Below are positions 12,211-25,200 of a stretch of DNA of 64,000 bases, piece after piece. Location of the stretch: contig MU008198.1 of the NCBI GenBank assembly GCA_010909165.1, positions 124,001-188,000 of the forward strand. The letters run 5' to 3'. Position 1 is the first letter of the stretch; each line of letters starts with the position of its first letter. This stretch comes from Anthoceros angustus. Its lineage: Eukaryota; Plantae; Anthocerotophyta. Below the pieces are notes generated by a model that did no database searches, was not told the origin of the DNA, and saw only the letters and a program-made list of their open reading frames with translations. Both the position numbers and the translations under genes were made by a program.

Positions 12211-14009
12211 TGGCGTCCAGGCGAGCAATAGGAGTGAAACTGTTGTGAGGAGCACAAATCCCACATAGTGTCGATGGGATCGGGAGGCACGTTGCAAGTC
12301 CTCGGCGCACCCGCTTGATGAGTCAAGGACAAAATGTGGCGTCAAAGGGGCTTGGTGGGTGAGGATCGGTGAGGTGGATGAGAGGCCGATTGCGTGCCGT
12401 GCGGGAATGGGTGTACACCGGACCCGCCCAATCCCAGTCTGGACTTGGACATGGAGCTCCATGTGGGTGTAAAAGCGCTTTCGGGGATGACATCCATCAC
12501 TGCAATATGGACACCGAGGCATGGCGATGGGTGATTCAATTGGCGGCGAGCATGATGAGTGGTTTGAGCGAGACTTTCCATTTCGGTGGCAATCGGCGAC
12601 TACGGCCCGGCCTCTCGGACATGGTCCGAATCGGTTGGATTCGCCATTGGTGGGTGGCATGTCGATGCGCTTGGGCACTCCGTATCTATGCCATCTGCGA
12701 AGGCCCAGGTGATACATTGTCGACATCTTGGAGGAAATCGGTCCATCACCCTCTCGCATTTATCAGCAGTGGTGGAGGTGGGACGCTTGTAGGCCGCTTT
12801 TCATTCCTATCTCTTGGGGAGTAAGTTTGGCGTTCTTTGTGTGGAAAGGGGCACGTGTTTGAGCCGAATACATGCATGCCAATGAGCCACCAGATGAGCC
12901 ATCATTTGCCTGGATATCAATATGCGGTTTGATGATATTCGTGATACACAATTGGGCGAGATGAGGTTGGCGTGCGGACAGGCCGCCTTGGGACAAGCGT
13001 CGCATGGCAATGTGGACCGGGCCGGGAGGGTGATGACGGATGTGCTTTTCCTGGCCCCAAAGCTGGCGAGCTATGGGTTGTGAAGAAATCATAGGATCAC
13101 CTTTTCCTGTTGGACATGCTATGCGTTTATGTACAGCAGTATGAGCACTGGTTTTGCTACTCAACTCTTTGCTTCAATGAAGAGGCTTCTCAAGTGGTGG
13201 CGGTTGTGTCGAGATAGCGGGCTTGTCAGCATCAGGCGAGAAAGGCTGAGCAATTGTTGCTGGCCGGTTGTTTGCTTTAAGTTTTGAACCGCGTGCACTT
13301 GTCGGTATGCGGTGTAATAAAGTCTTTGAAGCGGTGGAGATGGATTAGGCGGGAATGTCATCTTGTGTCTTCGATTACCATGCCTCCTAGCATGGTAGGG
13401 ATTAATTATTGAGGTGTGGCATAGTAGTGGGGATGGAAAAGTTTGCAGTGTTTTTAGGGTTTATGGAAAAGTGTGCTAGGCATTTGACATAGATAGGCGC
13501 TGGTTTCCAAATCGGCACAAAATTGCATGGGTTTTAGGTAGGACCTTCTACGATCAAGAGACATAGTAGGCCCTCCTCGATTGGGCAGTGCACAGATGGT
13601 CGACGCAACTTTGTCCGAGTATGAACTTGTTATCCTTTGAAGTTTGAGCAAATGTATACAAAATAAGCGCGATGGGGTGAAAGCAGGCAGCGGGCAACTA
13701 TTGTCAATGCAGCGGTCAGCGGACAAACCGATCCATGGTTCAAATCGCCAATGTGCATGCTTGCCCATTGGGTGTGACAGGCGATTGAAGGCCAGTGCGG
13801 TCCACATGACCGCTACCTAAAGCACACCAATTAAAGTGCGCACCACCTCACCCATGCGGGAAAACTATTGTCAGCGGGACACCGTGCAGCCGATCCATGA
13901 CTTAGATTCTTGTAATGTGCGAGGCGCATTCCCACAAACTTGTCTAAGTATGGCAACAGCTTGTTGACAGCGATCTTGAAAGTGGATGTCGTTCCTTCGG
14001 AACTGGCCC

Positions 14010-16300
14010 TCGCCCAAAATTGCCGTGTTTCAACAGGGTGCATTTACCACGTACGCCCATTTTACTACATCAATTGAAGGCACCGTTTCAAGTCCATGTA
14101 TTATTTTCAAGTATAATACAGAATTTACTAACCTCATTCCAACTTTACTCGGGCTTGTTTTGCCAAAGCGCAACGGTGACGTGGCAAAACAAAATGGATT
14201 TTACTACGGGGCACATTGGCTGTGAGTTTATGGAGCGTTACAACGATGGCATGTTTGTTTACTACGGGCCATCAATTTACTCAGACTTTCTCCATTACAA
14301 TGGGTTCTTTTACAACATACCTGGTATTTTACAACATCCAATAGTTTACTACACACTTGTATGGTTTACAAAGTCCCTTTACGACTAGACACGATCGTTT
14401 ACAACACTAATTTAGAATGGGTTTTGATGATAACCCATCTTTTACTAAAGAAAAAGTAAAGTAGCAAGGGTGTACATCGATTCTGACTTGGCTTGGGCCG
14501 ACCCTAAAGCGAGAACAATCGCGGGGACATGCTGAAAAATCCTCCATATGCATCCCACATCCATATTTTCTTCAAAGACAACGTTTTCCACGTGCGGTGG
14601 TCCAACCACTTTATTGTCATACAAAAAGTTTGAATTAGTTTGGGTGACACAAGGGTAAAGGGATCATCTTGAACTCGTAGAAGGATAACAAGATCTAGGG
14701 TTCACTATGTGCATTCGTCCTTCTTCAATCCCTTATTTGTGATCATTTGCATCCTCATAAAAATGGTTTGAACCACTTAACCTTTAAAAATTAGCTGATG
14801 ATGACAACAACCCAAAGTCAACCTTTAAAATTTTACTGCACTATTCCAATATATCATCGATCTTCAATATCTGCATGTTTGACCACTAAGGAAATTTTGT
14901 TGTATTATACAATCATTGTAAGTTTCCTACATCGAAGATTCCGTCCTTATGTTCATTCCATACACATCATTGAATATGATTTGGCTATGACTATAGAGGC
15001 CATTCACTAGTCCATATATGTCCAGCCCATATTCATTCAAAAGCGATTAATACGATGAAATAGCCCCTTTACTTCATTTTGTAGCCAATCCACAAAGACA
15101 TGTTGGTATGAACTCCATCATATACTAGTCTCCACTTTTCCGTGAAAGTAATTTTCTAGCATTGTGTCGTAATTTGTTTCGTTCTACCTCGGTTATATTG
15201 CTGCCTTTTCAGTAACTTTTGTCACATTGCTTCAATACTGCGGTCCACATACATGGCCATCATCACATTGTTGGCCTATATATTACGCACAATAATACAT
15301 AGACTCTTGTGCGAGATATCCCTTGCCATGCTACCTTCCTTTAGCCCTGTCGAAACCCCTTCAAAACTTTCATATGCCTTTCAAGAAAATACATCCATCG
15401 ATATCTTGTAGGCCCACATAATTCTTGTGAACCAAGTGTATCACAAGCATGGACACTTGAAAAAAAATGTGGGAACTCGCTCTAGGACACACATTACTTG
15501 ACTCAAACACCTTCATTTGGGATCTCGATATCTTGATTTCTTTAGAACATATCCACGAATAAAGTCCCAAGACCACAAAAGCGACCTCATGAGCTTTAGA
15601 TATTAAACCTTTTAATACTAATGGCCATAAATCACTTAAAAGTAGATGATGATCATGTGACTTTAACCCCGATATACTATCCCCCATAATCTTTAGAAGC
15701 ACCGCTTCAAGTTTGATCCATATCTTGTAGGGGGTTATAAGGTTGCAATTCGGTCTCTCAACTCGCCTCGCTTGTTTGAAACTTTTTTATTTGTGTCCCT
15801 AAAACCCAAAGGTGGAGATTCAGTACCACCTTTGCCATCGAGTCTTCTTGAGGCCACCAGTGAGGATTTTTTGTATTACTAACTTTAGATCTAGCCTACT
15901 GCAAGGGTTTGCAAATGCCAGTCACATGTTTCAAGATTTGTTTACATTCTTCCCAATGTGCATAGGGTCCATCAAGTAATGAATCAACAAATGCTTTTAT
16001 TGAACCCAATTTGGAAGGAAGTACATCTCAAATACCACATTATAGAGTTTCCATAGATGGTTTCCAAATAATTTAGGTGTTAGATAGCATATGCTTTGGT
16101 CGGGATTATTGCCGTGGGTGTTTTATTTGCTCATGCTCGGCGCACTATGTCTTATGCCGCATGCGGCGCCCTATCGTGGCCGCCATTCAATCAAGGTTTA
16201 TAATTACACATGATCTAAAGAACCCTAGCCGGGATTTAAGCTGACCCGGACGAGGTTGCGATGGAAGGATGGATCGTCTATCCGTTTATTTTGACTTGCT
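14010..16300 (-). mobile_element. CACTA/EnSpm element 3' half (mirror copy of 16890-19230)
   Basis: ORF 15370..15702 contains GLKSHDHH..LSDLWPLVLKG. Confidence 0.8.
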
Positions 16301-16304
16301 TAAG

Positions 16305-16889
16305 TCTTCAAGGGTTGTCAACATCCGCGAGAACCGGCTTCCTTCACGCTCAACCCCATGTCTTGTAAGGGTTTGGCATCTCGAGCTTTGTGCCATCTCT
16401 CGTCGATAATCGCATGGGTTTCTCCACATGCCCTCACGGACTTTGATGTTGCTCCCACGTTGCTCTGTTGGCAATGGCTCAAAGCGACTTTGGCATCTTG
16501 GCATAGGTTCGGGAAGAGGATCCGAAGCTTCCTTCCATGTCTTCTTGACCCGGATCAAGGGCAAGGGAAGAAACCTCTGGCGGCTACGAGAAGATAGCTC
16601 GGAGGAAGAAGAGGTCTTGACACTGCGGTCACGGAAGACACGGAAGGAAGCTTGGGATCCTCTTCCTATGCCAAGATGCCAAAGTCGTTTGAGCCATTGC
16701 CAGCAGAACAGCTGTGGGAGCAACATCAAAGTCAGTGGGCGATGTGGAGAAACCCATGCCTGGCGGAGAGCGATGGCACAAAAGCTTACGGAGATGCCAT
16801 GTTTTGACCTACAAGACATGGGGTTGAGCGTGAAGGAAGTCAGGGGTTTGACTCGGCGGATGTTGACAACCCTTGAAGACGAAGCAAGT
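16305..16889. mobile_element. Short gag-protease linker fragment of the DNMT retroelement, forming the centre of the large palindrome
   Basis: 16550-16889 matches 2465-2799 (MPRCQSRLSHCQ / LQDMGLSVKEV..LTRRMLTTLE). 16305-16549 is its inverted copy. Confidence 0.85.
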
Positions 16890-19230
16890 CAAAATAAACG
16901 GATAGACGCATCCATCCTTCCATCGCAACCCTCGTCCGCCTGGCTGCTTCCGAGCGGAAATCCCGGCTAGGGTTCTTTAGATCATGTGTAATTATAAACC
17001 TTGATTGGAATGGCGTGCGGGGCTACGTATGGGGCGCCGGCATGCCGGCGCCCCAAGCGGCTAGTGCGCCGGAGCATGAGCAAATAAAAACACCCACGGC
17101 AATGTCCCGACCAAAGCATGCTTGCTATCTAACACCCTAAATTACTGGAAACCATCTATGGAAACTCTATAATGTGGTATTTGAGATGTACTTCCTTCCA
17201 AATTGGGTTCAATAAAAAGCATTTGTTGATTCGTCACTTGATGGACCCTATGCACATTGGGAAGAATGTAAGCAAACAAATCTTGAAACATGTGACTGGC
17301 ATTTGCAAAACCCTTGGTAGCCGTCGAGATCTAGAAGTTACTAATACAAAAAATCCTCGTTGGTGGCCTCAAGAAGACTCAGATGGCACAGTGTGGTACG
17401 AATCTCCTCCACCTTGGGTTTTAGGGTACAATACAAATAAAAGTTTCAAACAAGCGGAGTTGAGAGACCGGTGCAACCTTATCCCTCTGAGATATGGATC
17501 AAACTTGAAGCGGTGCTTCTCTAAAGACTATGGGGATAGTATATCGGGGTTAAAGTCACATGATCATCATCTAGTTTTAAGTGATTTATGGCCATTAGTA
17601 TTAAAAGGTTTAATATCTAAAAGCGTTCATGAGGCTGTTTGTGGTCTTGGGACTTTATTCAAGTGGATATGTTCTAAAGAAATCAAGATATCGGAGATCC
17701 CAGAAATGAAGGTGTTTGAAGCTGAAGTAATGTGTGTCCTAGAGCGAGAGTTCCCCACTTCATTTTTTCAAGTCGTCCATCTTTGTGATACACTTGGTTC
17801 ACAAGATAGAATTATGTGGGCCTACAAGATATCGATGGATGTATTTTCTTGAAAGGCATATGAAAGTTTTGAAGGGGTTTGTATGACAAAGGGCTAAAGC
17901 GGAAGGTAGCATGGCAAGGATATCTCGCACAAGAGTCTATGTATTATTGTGCATATAGGCCAACAATGTGATGATGGGCCGTATGTGGTGCAGCAGTATT
18001 GAAGAACAATGTGGGCAGTGTTACAGGAAAAGGTGAGCAATATAACACAGCCGAGGTAGAACGCAAACAAATTACGACAACAATGCTAGAAAATTCTTTT
18101 CACGGAAAAGTGGAGACTAGTATATGATCGAGTTCATACGAACATGTCTTTTGTGGATTGGCTACAAAATGAAGTAAAGGGGCTATTTCATCGAGACCTT
18201 TGAATGAATATGGTGGACATATATGGACTAGTGAATGGCCCCATAGTAGCAAATCATATTCAATGATGTGGGCGTATGGGAATCACATAAGGACGAATCT
18301 TGATGTAGGAAACTTACAACCGATTGTATAATACAACAAAATTTCCTTAGTGGTCGACATGCAGATATTGAAGATCGATGCCATATTGGAATAGTGCAGA
18401 AAATTTTAAAGGTTGACTTTGGGTTGTCATCAACTAATTTTTAAAGGTTAAGTGGTTCAAACCGGTTTATGAGGATGCAAATGATCACAGGGATTGAAGA
18501 AGGACAATTACGGAATGCACATAGTGAACCCTAGATCTTGTTATCCTTCTACGAGTTCAAGATGATCCCTTTACCCTTGTGTCACCCAAACTAATTCAAA
18601 CTTTTTGTATGACAATAAAGTGGTTGTCGGGACCTGCGTGGAAAAGCGTTGTCTTTGAAGAAAATATGGATGTGGATGCATGCATATGGAGGATTTTTCA
18701 GCATGTCTGCTTGTTCTCGTTTAGGGTCGGCCTAGCCCAAGCCGTGGCCGATGTACACCCGGTTACCTCTACTTTTTCTTTTAGGGTAAAAGATGTGGGT
18801 TATCATCAAAACCCATTCTAAATTAGTCTTTGTTAGCGACCGGTGTCTAGTCGTAAAGGGTCTTGTTGAAAACCCTACGGTGTGTAGTAAACTATGGGAT
18901 GTTGTAAAATACCATTGGCATGTTGTAAAAGAACCCGTTGTAATGGAGAAAGTCTTGTAGTAAATTGATGGCCCGTAGTAAACAAACATGCCATCGTTAT
19001 AGCGTCCATAAGCTACATTGTAAAATAGTGCCCGTAGTAAAATCCATTTTGTTTTGCCACGTCGTATTGCGCCTTTGGCAAAACAAGCCACAATAAAAGT
19101 TGGAATGAGGTTTAGTAAATTCGCTATACTTGAAAATAATACATGGACTTGAAGCGGTGCCTTCAATTGATGTAGTAAAATGGGCGTACGTGGTAAAATG
19201 CACCCCTGTTGAAACACGGCAATTTTGGGC
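16890..19230 (+). mobile_element. CACTA/EnSpm element 3' half: end of Transposase_21 plus DUF4218- and DUF4216-like regions, then subterminal repeats; frameshifted
   Basis: ORF 17172..17852 has HLMDPMHIGKNV, GLKSHDHH and MCVLEREFPTSFF. Downstream are RWM.F.ER.MK, EGSMA, GIVQKILKVDF, FKVKWF and DDPFTL. tgtagtaaa/tgttgtaaaa motifs repeat over 18850-19200. The right boundary is approximate. Confidence 0.85.
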
Positions 19231-21029
19231 GGAGGGCCAGTTCCGAAGGAACGACATCCACTTTCAAGATCGCTGTCAACAAGCTGTTGCCATACTTAGA
19301 CAAGTTTGTGGGAATGCGCCTCGCACATTACAAGAATCTAAGTCATGGATCGGCTGCACGGTGTCCCGCTGACAATAGTTTTCCCGCATGGGTGAGGTGG
19401 TGCGCACTTTAATTGGTGTGCTTTAGGTAGCGGTCATGTGGACCGCACTGGCCTTCAATCGCCTGTCACACCCAATGGGCAAGCATGCACATTGGCGATT
19501 TGAACCATGGATCGGTTTGTCCGCTGACCGCTGCATTGACAATAGTTGCCCGCTGCCTGCTTTCACCCCATCGCGCTTATTTTGTATACATTTGCTCAAA
19601 CTTCAAAGGATAACAAGTTCATACTCGGACAAAGTTGCGTCGACCATCTGTGCACTGCCCAATCGAGGAGGGCCTACTATGTCTCTTGATCGTAGAAGGT
19701 CCTACCTAAACCCATGCAATTTTGTGCCGATTTGGAAACCAGCGCCTATCTATGTCAAAATGCCTAGCACACTTTTCCATAAACCCTAAAAACACTGCAA
19801 ACTTTTCCATCCCCACTACTATGCCACACCTCAATAATTAATCCCTACCATGCTAGGAGGCATGGTAATCGAAGACACAAGATGACATTCCCGCCTAATC
19901 CATCTCCACCGCTTCAAAGACTTTATTACACCGCATACCGACAAGTGCACGCGGTTCAAACTTAAAAGCAAACAACCGGCCAGCAACAATTGCTCAGCCT
20001 TTCTCGCCTGATGCTGACAAGCCCGCTATCTCGACACAACCGCCACCACTTGAGAAGCCTCTTCATTGAAGCAAAGAGTTGAGTAGCAAACCAGTGCTCA
20101 TACTGCTGTACATAAACGCATAGCATGTCCAACAGGAAAAGGTGATCCTATGATTTCTTCACAACCCATAGCTCGCCAGCTTTGGGGCCAGGAAAAGCAC
20201 ATCCGTCATCACCCTCCCGGCCCGGTCCACATTGCCATGCGACGCTTGTCCCAAGGCGGCCTGTCCGCACGCCAACCTCATCTCGCCCAATTGTGTATCA
20301 CGAATATCATCAAACCGCATATTGATATCCAGGCAAATGATGGCTCATCTGGTGGCTCATTGGCATGCATGTATTCGGCTCAAACACGTGCCCCTTTCCA
20401 CACAAAGAACGCCAAACTTACTCCCCAAGAGATAGGAATGAAAAGCGGCCTACAAGCGTCCCCACCTCCACCACTGCTGATAAATGCGAGAGGGGTGATG
20501 GACCGATTTCCTCCAAGATGTCGACAATGTATCACCTGGGCCTTCGCAGATGGCATAGATACGGAGTGCCCAAGCGCATCGACATGCCACCCACCAATGG
20601 CGAATCCAACCGATTCGGACCATGTCCGAGAGGCCGGGCCGTAGTCGCCGATTGCCACCGAAATGGAAAAGTCTCGCTCAAACCACTCATCATGCTCGCC
20701 GCCAATTGAATCACCCATCGCCATGCCTCGGTGTCCATATTGCAGTGATGGATGTCATCCCCGAAAGCGCTTTTACACCCACATGGAGCTCCATGTCCAA
20801 GTCCAGACTGGGATTGGGCGGGTCCGGTGTACACCCATTCCCGCACGGCACGCAATCGGCCTCTCATCCACCTCACCGATCCTCACCCACCAAGCCCTTT
20901 GACGCCACATTTTGTCCTTGACTCATCAAGCGGGTGCGCCGAGGACTTGCAACGTGCCTCCCGATCCCATCGACACTATGTGGGATTTGTGCTCCTCACA
21001 ACAGTTTCACTCCTATTGCTCGCCTGGAC

Positions 21030-22221
21030 GCCATGGTGAGCAAGAGAGCCTGCCAAGAGAGGTATATGGCGAGTGCTCGTGTGAGATGGTGGCCTTGTTT
21101 TCAAGGAAGGCGGCATGGAGCGAAATCAATCGGATATAAGCGAGTGTGTTCCCACCTCTAAGCGTAATGCCAAAGTATCGGCTAACAATGCACTTAGTTC
21201 ACAATGGGTTCCCCTTGGACGTAATGCGACAAGAGGCTCGGGCAGCTTTCGCAAGTTCGGGGCCGGACAAGTATATCATCACCATGGTTCGCCCCGAGAA
21301 TAGGCGATTCCTAGGTGCGATGCCCATGTCCGGATTACAAGCGTTGGGAGGCGCTCGGATTCGATATTGCCCTAAGACATGTCAGACATCATACACGAAC
21401 TCGGCGAATGCAGGTAAAGGTGCTTTCACGCAAGGTTGGCAGTCCATCCATTTTGGCGGGGATCGGTCGTCACAACTTATGCTTTTGTCCTCCAGGGGCA
21501 CCCATGGAGAGGTCGAGAGGTCATGGAGCAAGAAGAACTGCTACAAGGGATGCTGGATGACTCTACTGAGGAGCTTAGTGAGGTACCACACGGGCGTGGC
21601 GAGGAGGCGGAGGACGAGAATGTGCTGCGGACAACAATCGGATGATGAAGAAGTTTCATAACTTGAGGATGACATGGCTGGGCTCATTCATTCCATCCCG
21701 ATCGATGGTACGAGACATTGGCGATTAGGCGGGAAGCTTTTGTTCAATAGTGAGGGCCGTGCATAAGTGGCGAGCACCCTCTCTGCGATTGTGGCTCTCC
21801 CGGGTCCAAAAGCTTCAACATGCGGCGCCATGTCGAAGCTCTTTCTTTCATCATCCGGCATGCTTGCTTCCTTCTCCGAACACACTCCCACCCAAGATGC
21901 ACAAAGTTCTTCTCCATGTGGCACAATCAAGCTCGCGGGTTCCTGCATGTCAAGGGACTGCGGCATTTCTTGAGGAGGCCAGGATGCCACTTACCATTGT
22001 AGGGTGCCTCGGCCGGCGGGGGTGGCGGTCGAGCCCGATCCTGAAAACGTTCTGGCATTTCCCTTTGGTGGAACGGCTTCAGCGGATCTTCCGATGTCTG
22101 AGGCTTGCACACAACATGACATGGTGGTCTTGCAATCGTAGCCCAGATAGAAAGATGCGGATTTTAGCTGACACACCGGCGTGGAGAGCTTTGGATCAGG
22201 TGGGGAACTTCGGCGAAGAAG
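21030..22221 (+). pseudogene. CACTA/EnSpm transposase N-terminal half, interrupted at 22221 by a nested element; resumes at 42358
   Basis: HLVHNGF resembles the transposase-associated domain. ORF 21750..22262 contains PILKTFWHFPLVERLQRIFRCLRLAHNMTWW...MRILADTPAWRALD..GNFGEE. Confidence 0.8.
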
Positions 22222-25200
22222 CTCTACTAGAAATGGGCACCCTATGTTACACTCTATGTTAAGATTTGGACCCCTGGATGTAACACTCATGTTGCAATTT
22301 TGGGGTCATGTAACACTGGGCCCCTTGTTACACTTTGGCTTGGAAACCATACCACGGCATTGTTGCAATCATGTTGCAATGGTGTTGCAATTATGTTAAG
22401 ATGAAGTGAGAGGTGGTTTTGCCCTCTCTCAAAATTGCAACATGATTGCAACATCTAAAGTGTTACAAGAGAGGTCTTGTAACACTTTTGGAGGCTTGGT
22501 GCCGAACCTCCTCCCCATCCACCATTGCCCTTTTACTTTTGCCCTTTGAAATACCACGTTTTACTTGGTAGTTACCAATCGCCCTTCAATACGACCATAT
22601 ACAAATACATATCAATACATCCTTGTACTATGCATGTAGTCTACGGTGATAAATGTACTATATTATTCTAAGTGCTATAATGTATTCAATTTCATATAAA
22701 ATAAGTTTGTATATTACGTATTACATACGTACCTTTGTGCATACATATTCATGATACGATACTTTGTATTTACTATCGTGTAAATGCGCGGCCTTTATAC
22801 CCCTACTTTATAGCATGCGGCTTGCGGTTTGTCCTTCCGTCAACAATAGCCGCTTCGCCATGGCGCCCAAGAAGATATTGTCCCCACCTATCACCTTATT
22901 GTGGCATCACTGAGGTTATGCCCCTACAAGATTGTCTTTGTGCGGAGGAGATTTGGTATCGCGGCTTATGCTTTTACGCCTCCATGTAAGGCACTTCCTA
23001 CTCGTCATCGTATGCACCTACAGGAAACTTCCGCCCTCCCGTTCGATTCGCAATTTTCTTCTTCCCCTCCCGCTTGCGTTCGGGTGAGGCAAGCTTTGCC
23101 ACTTCCTCCGCTTCCCCTCACATACTGCACATTGCACATACAAACCAGCATGGCCATCATGAGTTATCCAGCGTTAATGGGTTTCCACACAAAGCTGTCC
23201 ATTTGCCTTACCTTCCCTCCAGTCCCTCCTCTTTTCTTCTGCCCTTCTTGCTGGACATTTTCCTCTTCCGTCCTCCTTCTTCTTCCGGTGCAGCCTTGCC
23301 CCTTGTCACTGCCCCCACGTCCTCCTCTACTCCTCCTCCCGTTTTCCTCTTTCGGCCTCCACCCTTTATCACGGTGGCGTTGCCTCAGCAGGGGCTCCAC
23401 TATGCGGTCCATGCTCTCGGCATCCGAGGCTGCAAGGTATGTGTCAGCAAATTAGGCACATCGTCCTCTTGACACTGCCTCCTCTGCTGCGTCCATGTTC
23501 TCTGCGTCCCCGTCTGTCCCCCCGGCCTCCATCATGCCGGCCTTCGATATCAAGCACACATGTTGCCCTCTTAGTCCTCCTTCATTCTCTCTCCCCTCGA
23601 CATCGCCTCATGTTGTTCACGCTTTTGCCCTTTGCCCCGACCATGGGCTGCTGGCGGGTGATCCACTCTTGTCCAGGTCCTCCAGCCCTGCTCCTAGTCC
23701 CCTGGCGGCGCGACTTTTTGGCCGCCAGCGGGCCGCGCACAATCCGTGTCGTTGTAGGAAGGAGTCCGTTCCCAAGGAATGGTCTCGTGCTTATTCGCAC
23801 TGAGCTCTGACTGCCGCTGAGCGGACTTCGCCGGTTGGGTCGGCTCCACAACCCTAAGTGTGTGCCTCCACAACTCGTCGGACCGGTGGCGCAGGACCTT
23901 CCCACAACCCGGGTTCTCCCGTACCTAGGAGCAGGTTTAGCGGCGTTCCTTCGTCGATCTCGTACTCTAAGCGCTCCTCAACTCTGTCCCGCCACAACTC
24001 CACCTCAACACGCCCGTAATAACGACCCTTCTCCCTTATCCATTTCTAGTAGTCACAACACCAACACGCGATGTATTCAGAGGCCTTTGCCCCTTCCGGG
24101 CCTTGGTGCGGAGTAGCTTTGCACTGCAACCCCACGGCCCACCGTTCAGCGGCCTCCAAGGATGGCTTCCGCCCGGAGTCACCCCAGCGCCTCCTAATCC
24201 TCGGTGCTTCCACGGAGAAGTGGCCGCAGCTGCATCCCCGACCTCCGTTCGGCGGCCTCAAGGATGGCTTCCGCCCAGTCGCCCCAAGCGCCTCCTAATC
24301 CCCTCGGGCACTTCCGTTACGGAGAGTGGCTTGACTGCATCCCCACAACCTCCGTTCAGCCGGCCTCAAGGTTAGTCTTGCACCCGAGAAATCACCATGA
24401 GCACCTCCACGAGCTCAGTCCGCCCCAGTGCGCACCCGCATCAAGCGTGTTGGAGCTCTCACGAGCTCTAAACACATCCTCTACCAATTAATCGCACTGC
24501 GGTGGCGGGAACTCACTCCGCTCCTCGAGCACAGGCCGAGCCAGCAGGTAGCGAAGATGGTACCTGGATAGTCTCACTGCCTTGGACGCCAGTTTCCTAT
24601 ATACCCCCATTACCCTAACTTCTAACTACGGCCTATGTATGTATATAACCAACCTCGCTAGTGTATGTACCTAACCACGGTCGCGGGTAACCACGGACGT
24701 AGCTCATCATGCGCCCTACGACTTCTTGCACCAGCTTCCCTTAAGCAGTAGATCCATGCAGGCGATGCCCACCAAACTAAACCTGGCCAGACCACTCAGC
24801 CGGACTTGGCGACCACTCGCCCGGACCTCTCAAGGCAGACCACTCCATCGGACCTCGCCGGCCAGACCTCCACGTCGCAGGGCAGACCACTCCAGGCGGA
24901 CCTCGCCGGACCGGACCACTCGTGACCTCGCAGGCGGACCACTCCATCGGACCTCGCCCGGACGGACCACTCCGTCGGACCTGGCCCGGACGGACCACTC
25001 GTCCTCCAGCGGACCGGTCTAGGGATTGCTGCTTGTAGAGTCTGATCCAGCGCCGAAATGGCCTTATTGGCTAACTCCTCCCTATCCTCTTACTTGATGC
25101 TGACTCAAAAAAAAGGCAAAACAAAGCTTATGGAAAATACGGACGCCGGTTGGCACTCCACATCCCAGCATTTTTGGTACATCCATAGTACACACAAGTG

